64,000 nucleotides of DNA from contig CAZMKO010000003.1 in assembly GCA_964566965.1 (NCBI GenBank), positions 5,624 to 69,623 of the forward strand, in the 5' to 3' direction. The notes beneath the pieces were generated by a model. It was not told where the DNA came from, searched no databases, and worked only from the letters and a program-made list of their open reading frames with translations. The position numbers were made by a program, and so were the translations under genes. Shown piece by piece: positions 57,916 through 64,000 of this stretch. The first letter of the stretch is position 1. Every line of letters begins with the position of its first letter. The stretch is from an uncultured Rhodanobacteraceae bacterium. Its GTDB lineage: Bacteria > Pseudomonadota > Gammaproteobacteria > Xanthomonadales > Rhodanobacteraceae.

Positions 57916-58974
57916 ATGTCGGTCACGATCAAGGATGTGGCCAAGGCGGCCGGGGTTTCGGTAGCCTCGGTATCGCGCGTGTTCAACGGTCACGACAACG
58001 TGACACGGGATACCTGCGAGCGCATCATGCAGGCGGCGCGGCAACTGCGTTACATGCCCAACGGCGCGGCGCGCAGCCTGATCACGCGACGCACGCAGAC
58101 CATCGGCGCACTGCTGCCGGACCTGCACGGCGCGTTCTTCTCCGAACTGATCCGCGGCATCGACCTGGCCGCACGCGCGCGCGGTCTGCATCTGCTGGTA
58201 TCCAGTTCGCATGACAATGCCGACGAGGCCGCCGCCACCCTGCGCACGATGCGTGGTCGCGTCGATGGTCTGCTGGTGATGTCGCCGCATGCCAACCCCG
58301 GTTTCCTGTCCGACAACCTGCCGCCGGCCCTGCCTACGGTGCTGATGAACACCGGCAGCGGCGACGGTCGCCATGCCTGGCTGACCGTGGACAACCACGG
58401 TGGCGCCTACGCCATGACCCGGCACCTGATGGCTGGCGGTCGCCGGCGCATCGCCTTCATCCGCGGCCCCGACAACAACACCGATGCCGCCGAACGCCTG
58501 CGCGGCTATCGCGACGCCCTGGGCGAATTGGCCGACGAGCCCGGCTCGTGCAGCCTGTCCGGCGACTTCCTCGAGGAATCGGGATACCGCGCCGGACGCG
58601 CAGTGCTTGGCATGACGCCGCGTCCGCAGGCCGTGTTCGCGGCCAACGACATGATGGCGTTGGGTTGTCTGTCCGCCTTCAGCGAGGCCGGGGTGCGGGT
58701 GCCCGAGGATATTGCCCTGGCCGGTTTCGACGACATCCCGATGGCGCGTTACACCACGCCGGCGCTGAGCACGGTGCGCGTGCGCATTGCCGAATTCGGC
58801 GCGCGCGCGCTGGAGCGCCTGGTCGAGACGATCGAACGCCCGGACGACATGCAAGCCGTCGAACAGCTGATGCCGACCGAACTGGTCATACGGACTTCCT
58901 GCGGGGGCGCGGCCCGGGATGCATCACCACCCGATACCGCGGATTGTCCGCCCACGGACGGGAACCATCCATAA
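57916..58974 (+). CDS. LacI family transcriptional regulator
   Basis: TIKDVAKAAGVSVASVSRV; YMPNGAARSL; AANDMMALG; GFDD; PALSTV. Confidence 0.96.
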   Translation: MSVTIKDVAKAAGVSVASVSRVFNGHDNVTRDTCERIMQAARQLRYMPNGAARSLITRRTQTIGALLPDLHGAFFSELIRGIDLAARARGLHLLVSSSHDNADEAAATLRTMRGRVDGLLVMSPHANPGFLSDNLPPALPTVLMNTGSGDGRHAWLTVDNHGGAYAMTRHLMAGGRRRIAFIRGPDNNTDAAERLRGYRDALGELADEPGSCSLSGDFLEESGYRAGRAVLGMTPRPQAVFAANDMMALGCLSAFSEAGVRVPEDIALAGFDDIPMARYTTPALSTVRVRIAEFGARALERLVETIERPDDMQAVEQLMPTELVIRTSCGGAARDASPPDTADCPPTDGNHP

Positions 58975-59013
58975 CGACAACCGGCCTGATTCCAATGTGA
59001 GGGGAGAGTCGCC

Positions 59014-62000
59014 ATGTCACGTCCGAACCCTGTGCACGGCTGTGTCGATACAGCCCTCCATGCCCGCCGTGGCGCGCCCGCGCGCGGAACTTTCGAAAGT
59101 GTCCGGCGTCACCTGCTGGGCTGCCTGATCGGCGGCGTGCTGGCGGCCGGGGCTGCCGCTCTGCCTGCACCGGCATGGGCGCAAAGCGCCAACGCCACTG
59201 TGCGTGGCAAGGGACCACCGAACACCCAGGTCACGGCGTTCAATACCGCCACCGGAACGACCCGCAACACGCGTACCGGCGCCGACGGCAGCTACGCGCT
59301 GGTCGGATTGCAGCCGGGCACCTACCAGATCGACGTCGGGCCGGGGACACGGAAAACGGTGAGACTCACTGTCGCTTCGACCTCGACACTGAATTTCGAC
59401 GCGGCCACGGCAGCGCCCGCGTCCGGCACCGCCGATGCGGCCAATCTCAAGGGAGTCACGGTAACCGCGGGCGCGTTGCCCGACGTGGCCACGCCGGAAG
59501 TGGGCGAGACCATTTCCCTGCACCAGATCGCGACCATCCCGCAAATCTCGCGCAACTTCCTCGAGTTTGCGGACACCGTGCCAGGCATGGTGTTTACAGT
59601 CAGCCCCGATGGCAACACCTCCCTGCGGGGCGGGGCGGAGCGGGACAGCCGAGTCAACGTGTATATCGACGGTGTGGGCCAGAAAAGCTACCTGTTCGGC
59701 GGGCCCAGCGGTCAGTTCGCGACACAGGGCAATCCGTTTCCGCAATTGGCGATCGGTGAATACAAGGTCATCACCTCCAACTACAAGGCGGAGTACGGGC
59801 AGATTTCCAGTGCCGCGGTCACGGCGCAGAGCAAGTCCGGCACCAACGCATTCCACGGCGAAGTCTTCGACCGATACACCAGCGGCAGTTACCGCGCACG
59901 TACGCCGGCCGAAAATGCCGCCAACGAGAAGACACCGTCGCAGGAGCGTGAATTCGGTTTCGCCCTGGGTGGGCCGATCGTCAAGGACAAGGCGCACTTC
60001 TTCTTCACCTACGAGGGCAAGCGGTTCGATACGCCGACGGCGGTGGTGCCGGCCGCCGACGCCGAGCCGGCCATGTCCGGCCTGCCGCCCGAGGTCGCTT
60101 CCGAATTCGGCCCGGCCAACCTGAATTTCGAGCAGAACTATTACTTCGGCAAGGTCGACTGGGAGCCGAGCAACAACGACCGCATCGAGCTGAGCGGCCA
60201 GGTGCGCAAGGAAACACAGGTCGGCGGCGTCGGCAACCAGAACGCGCAGTCGGCCGGGTTCGGCGTGATCAACGACGACAAGCGCTACACCTTGCGCTGG
60301 CAGCACAGCGGCGATGCGTATTTCAACGAACTACTGCTGTCGTACCAGAACCAGAACTACGCACCGACCGCATTCCATATCGGCAATGGTTCGGTTTATA
60401 CCTACGAGAACGGGCCGACGCAGACGGCGACCCTGATCGGCATCGGGGCGGCCGGTTCGCTGGCAACGCAAAGCAAGGGACAGAAGGGCATCTCCATCAA
60501 GGACGATCTGACCCTCAATGCATTGCAGTGGCATGGCGACCATGTGGTCAAGCTCGGTTTCGTCAAGCGCTTGATTACGCTCAACTCGGCCGATGCCGCC
60601 GACCAGAACCCGCAGTTCTATTACAACGTGACGCCTGACGGCACCGATGCGCAGCCGTACGAGGTGAAGTTTCCCAAGCCCGTCACCGGCGTCGGCCTGA
60701 CGCCGACGTTGACCACCCACGACAAGCAGTTCGGCGCCTATATCCAGGACGACTGGTCGATCAACGACCACCTGATTCTCAACCTCGGCGTGCGCTGGGA
60801 TTACGAGCGGGCGCCGTCCTACACGGATTTCGTCACTCCGGCCGCGGTGGTGGACGCGCTCAACAGCCCCAACCCCTATCCGGGCGCGACGCCCGGCGAA
60901 ACCTACGCCGATGCGTTGGCGAAGGGCGGCGTCGACATCAACGACTACATCAGCACCGGGCGCAACCGCAGCGCCTACAAGGGCGAGTGGCAGCCACGAC
61001 TGGGGTTTTCGTACGACATCAACGCGGATCAGGCGCACGTGATCCACGGTGGTGCCGGCCGTTCCTATGACCGCAACCTGTACAACTACCTGCAGCTGGA
61101 AGTCACCAAGGCGGCCCTGCCGCAGTTCGATTACTTTTTCCAGGATCCGGCGACCGGAGAGTGCTACCAGGGCAAGACGCCGTGCGTCCCGTTCGATTCT
61201 TCCTACCTGGACGGGCTGGACAAGGTGCAGGCGCTCGCCGAAGCGAATGTCGCAGGCGAGATCGATCTGCTCAACAACCACTTGAAGGCGCCGTATTCCG
61301 ACCAGTACAGCCTGGGCATGGCCAACCAGATCGGCGAGTGGCAGACCGATGCCACGATCGCCCGCGTCCTGAGTTATGACGGCTTCGCTTTCACCCTGGG
61401 CAACCGCTATCCCGACGGCGATTTCTACCAGGACAAGAGCCAACCCTGGGGTCAGCCGCCGCCGGGGGGCTTCGGCAACCTGATCATCGGCAACAACGGC
61501 ATCGAGACGCGCACGACCCAGGTCCTGCTGTCGGCCAACAAACCCTACACCAAGGAATCACATTGGGGGGTCACGCTGTCGTACACCTACACCAATGCCA
61601 AGCAGAATCGCGATGTCAACGAGCACTACGACTTCGACTACGCCACGATCGGGGATTACCCGTTCATTCTCTCCAATGCCGCGGCCAAGCACCGGCTGGT
61701 GGCCACCGGGGTGATCGACGGCCCGTGGGGCATCACGTTGTCGGCGAAGCTGACCCTGGCGACACCGCTTCCCTACAACGGTTTCGTTTGCTATCCCGAC
61801 GGCTCGGACCAGCAGTTTCCCAACGGCGGCAACTGCAGGGCCTACGGTACCGAGCCCAAAGGCAACGGCAAATTTCTGGTCGGGGGCAAGATTTTCGGGT
61901 ATCGCAACGTGGACTTCCAGGCCACCAAGCATTTCGATGTCCGCGGACTGGATCTCTACGCACGGTTCGACCTGCTGAACGTGTTCAATTTCCGCAATTA

Positions 62001-62121
62001 TTCCGATCTCGTGTTTCCGTCCAACACCGTCGGGTCGCTCAGTTCGATCACCTACAACACGCACGGCAACATCACCTATGTGCCGCGTACCATCAAGTTC
62101 GAGCTGGGTATGAAATTCTGA
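59014..62121 (+). CDS. TonB-dependent receptor with N-terminal carboxypeptidase-regulatory-like domain (Oar-like)
   Basis: Signal ending AWA-Q; TGADGSYALVGLQPGTY; KSGTNAFHG; YIQDDW; LGVRWD; QPRLGFSY; C-terminal Phe. Confidence 0.92.
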   Translation: MSRPNPVHGCVDTALHARRGAPARGTFESVRRHLLGCLIGGVLAAGAAALPAPAWAQSANATVRGKGPPNTQVTAFNTATGTTRNTRTGADGSYALVGLQPGTYQIDVGPGTRKTVRLTVASTSTLNFDAATAAPASGTADAANLKGVTVTAGALPDVATPEVGETISLHQIATIPQISRNFLEFADTVPGMVFTVSPDGNTSLRGGAERDSRVNVYIDGVGQKSYLFGGPSGQFATQGNPFPQLAIGEYKVITSNYKAEYGQISSAAVTAQSKSGTNAFHGEVFDRYTSGSYRARTPAENAANEKTPSQEREFGFALGGPIVKDKAHFFFTYEGKRFDTPTAVVPAADAEPAMSGLPPEVASEFGPANLNFEQNYYFGKVDWEPSNNDRIELSGQVRKETQVGGVGNQNAQSAGFGVINDDKRYTLRWQHSGDAYFNELLLSYQNQNYAPTAFHIGNGSVYTYENGPTQTATLIGIGAAGSLATQSKGQKGISIKDDLTLNALQWHGDHVVKLGFVKRLITLNSADAADQNPQFYYNVTPDGTDAQPYEVKFPKPVTGVGLTPTLTTHDKQFGAYIQDDWSINDHLILNLGVRWDYERAPSYTDFVTPAAVVDALNSPNPYPGATPGETYADALAKGGVDINDYISTGRNRSAYKGEWQPRLGFSYDINADQAHVIHGGAGRSYDRNLYNYLQLEVTKAALPQFDYFFQDPATGECYQGKTPCVPFDSSYLDGLDKVQALAEANVAGEIDLLNNHLKAPYSDQYSLGMANQIGEWQTDATIARVLSYDGFAFTLGNRYPDGDFYQDKSQPWGQPPPGGFGNLIIGNNGIETRTTQVLLSANKPYTKESHWGVTLSYTYTNAKQNRDVNEHYDFDYATIGDYPFILSNAAAKHRLVATGVIDGPWGITLSAKLTLATPLPYNGFVCYPDGSDQQFPNGGNCRAYGTEPKGNGKFLVGGKIFGYRNVDFQATKHFDVRGLDLYARFDLLNVFNFRNYSDLVFPSNTVGSLSSITYNTHGNITYVPRTIKFELGMKF

Positions 62122-62217
62122 AGTCCGCGCTGCGCCGCTCCACTCTCCAACGTGGCGGCGCGGCGCGCGTGACCACCACGGTGGCCGCGCCACCGGCGTG
62201 CAACAGGTTTTGCCGCG

Positions 62218-63711
62218 ATGCATTTTCAAGGTTTCCGTGCCTTTCTCATTCCGGTCCTGCTGGCACTGGAGAGTATCGCAGCCGCTCCGCCATCGGCGCA
62301 CGCGGCCACGTGCGCCGCCGATCCCGCGGCGCCGACATTTTCCGCCCTCGCTCCCGCGCAGCAAAAGCAGCTTGACGACCTGGAGCACCGCACGTTCGAA
62401 TTTTTCTGGGACACCGCCAACCCGGACAACGGCCTGGTGCCCGACCACTGGCCGGGTGAATCGTTTTCCTCCATCGCCGCGGTCGGCTTCGGCCTGACCG
62501 CCTACGGCATCGGCGCCGAACGTGGCTGGGTCACACGCGATGCGGCCGCGCAGCGCACGCTGGCGACGCTGCGCTTTTTTGTCGACGCGCCGCAAAACGA
62601 CAGCCAGGACGCCGCCGCGGGCTACCACGGATTTTTCTATCATTTTCTGAACATGCAAACCGGCCTGCGCCACTCGCGCGGGACCGAATTGTCCAGCATC
62701 GACACCACGCTGCTGCTGGGCGGCGTGCTGTTCGCCCGGTCCTACTACGACCGCGATACTCCGGCCGAGCGCCAGATACGCCAGCTGGCCGAACGCATCT
62801 ACCGGCGCGTGGACTGGAACTGGTTTCGGGCGCGGCCACCGCTGGTGGCGATGGGCTGGCGACCCGAAAGCGACTTCGGCCGTGCCGACTGGGAGGGCTA
62901 CAACGAGGCCATGCTGCTGTACGTCCTGGCGCTGGGCTCGCCCACGCATGCATTGAAGCCCGAGGCGTGGCAAGCCTGGACGAGCACCTACAAACGCAAG
63001 TGGGGCCACTTCCAGGGCTACACGTTTCTCAACTTCGGGCCGTTGTTCGGCCACCAGTACAGCGCGTCGTGGATCGATTTTCGCGGCATCGGCGATGCCT
63101 GGATGCGCCACCACCACATGACCTATTTCGACAACAGCCGCTGCGCGGCCCGCGCGCAGCGCGCCTACGCCATCGCCAACCCCAATGGCTGGACCGGTTA
63201 CGGCGCCAACCTGTGGGGTTTGACAGCCAGCAACGGCCCCGGTGATTTCACGTTTTCGGCACCCGGCAGCCGCGGCGTTTTCTTCAGCTACCTGGCGCGC
63301 GGCGCGGGCCTCGGCTACATCCATGACGATGGCACCATCGCCCCGACGGCGGCCGCCGGGTCCATTGCGTTTGCCCCCAAAATCGCCATCGGTGCCATCG
63401 ACCACATGATCGAGCGTTACGGCAAGATCGTGTATGGCAAGTACGGTTTCCTCGATGCTTTCAACCTGAGCTTTCACCACCGTGACGTGGAGCTGGGCAG
63501 CGGTCGCGTGGTACCGGGTTTCGGCTGGGTGGACAATAAGTACCTCGGTATCGATCAGGGGCCGATCCTGCTGATGCTGGAAAACTACCGCAGTGGTCTG
63601 GTGTGGAAGGTGATGCGACGCAATCCGTACATCCGGCGCGGTCTGTTGCGTGCCGGCTTCACCGGCGGCTGGCTCGATGGCGGCGACGACACCGCGACGA
63701 CCGTGCCGTGA
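62218..63711 (+). CDS. Glucoamylase-like (alpha/alpha)6 hydrolase, GH144-like endo-beta-1,2-glucanase
   Basis: FEFFWD..NPDNGLVPD; SIAAVGFGL; GFFYHF; ELSSIDT; WEGYNE; WGLTAS; GIDQGP..LMLEN. Confidence 0.85.
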   Translation: MHFQGFRAFLIPVLLALESIAAAPPSAHAATCAADPAAPTFSALAPAQQKQLDDLEHRTFEFFWDTANPDNGLVPDHWPGESFSSIAAVGFGLTAYGIGAERGWVTRDAAAQRTLATLRFFVDAPQNDSQDAAAGYHGFFYHFLNMQTGLRHSRGTELSSIDTTLLLGGVLFARSYYDRDTPAERQIRQLAERIYRRVDWNWFRARPPLVAMGWRPESDFGRADWEGYNEAMLLYVLALGSPTHALKPEAWQAWTSTYKRKWGHFQGYTFLNFGPLFGHQYSASWIDFRGIGDAWMRHHHMTYFDNSRCAARAQRAYAIANPNGWTGYGANLWGLTASNGPGDFTFSAPGSRGVFFSYLARGAGLGYIHDDGTIAPTAAAGSIAFAPKIAIGAIDHMIERYGKIVYGKYGFLDAFNLSFHHRDVELGSGRVVPGFGWVDNKYLGIDQGPILLMLENYRSGLVWKVMRRNPYIRRGLLRAGFTGGWLDGGDDTATTVP

Positions 63712-64000
63712 ACGCATACCGCGCCATGCGCTGGCTGGTGCTGGCCGCCATCACGCTGTTGTCCGCTTGTAGCGGCAACGGCAACGGCAACCGGACGGTC
63801 GTCACGTTCTGGGCCATGGGCCAGGAAGGCGAGATGGTGCGCCAGCTGATGCCGGCGTTCGAGCAGGCGCATCCGGGCATCCATGTCGAGGTGCAGACGC
63901 TGCCATGGAAGGGTGCACACCAGAAACTGCTGACCGCGGTGGCGGGCGACAGCACACCGGACCTGTGCCAACTGGGCAACACCTGGTTGCCGGAACTGGA
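63708..64000 (+). CDS. Sugar ABC transporter substrate-binding lipoprotein (partial, runs off window)
   Basis: GTGA overlap; lipobox LSAC; VTFWAMGQEG; FEQAHPGIHVEVQ; PDLCQLGNTW. Confidence 0.85.
   Translation, partial: MNAYRAMRWLVLAAITLLSACSGNGNGNRTVVTFWAMGQEGEMVRQLMPAFEQAHPGIHVEVQTLPWKGAHQKLLTAVAGDSTPDLCQLGNTWLPEL

Overview
GC-rich (about 68%) chromosomal window whose gene content and order point to Xanthomonadales, probably Rhodanobacteraceae (inference). Bases 1-5010 are the distal end of a non-flagellar type III secretion operon (sctI-J-K-L-N-O-P). Directly after it come an exported ankyrin protein, a small exported protein, a signal-peptide-less peptidoglycan hydrolase (phage-tail lysozyme + LysM + Cys/His amidase-like domain) and a small conserved-looking protein. 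A second signal-peptide-less LysM protein lies at 12.7-14.3 kb. The two LysM proteins share an N-terminal pattern and an upstream palindrome (TGGGG-N4-CCCYA-like). The best candidate for a novel system is therefore a T3SS that delivers cell-wall-targeting antibacterial effectors with cognate immunity genes; this is a hypothesis. The rest is mostly core genome: gshA, glycosylasparaginase-cutC, LOG, rho-trxA-rhlB-ftsE-ftsX-regulator-ung-rpoH, priA, MATE, sppA, ada/alkA-ogt, degV, fadE, amn, grxD fusion, rsgA, CBS, glmS, WYL-patatin and parB-parA-rsmG. The window ends in a LacI-controlled beta-glucan utilisation locus (GH3, TonB receptor, GH144-like, ABC solute-binding protein). Notable non-coding signals: a perfect CIRCE overlapping a sigmaE-type promoter at rpoH, a DnaA-box triplet with DARS-core geometry plus an IHF site upstream of priA, three LacI operators, two REP families, and a TIR-bounded MITE in two copies, one nested in a REP doublet. 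No rRNA, tRNA, CRISPR array or transposase was seen. All product calls come from motif recognition; no database search was run.
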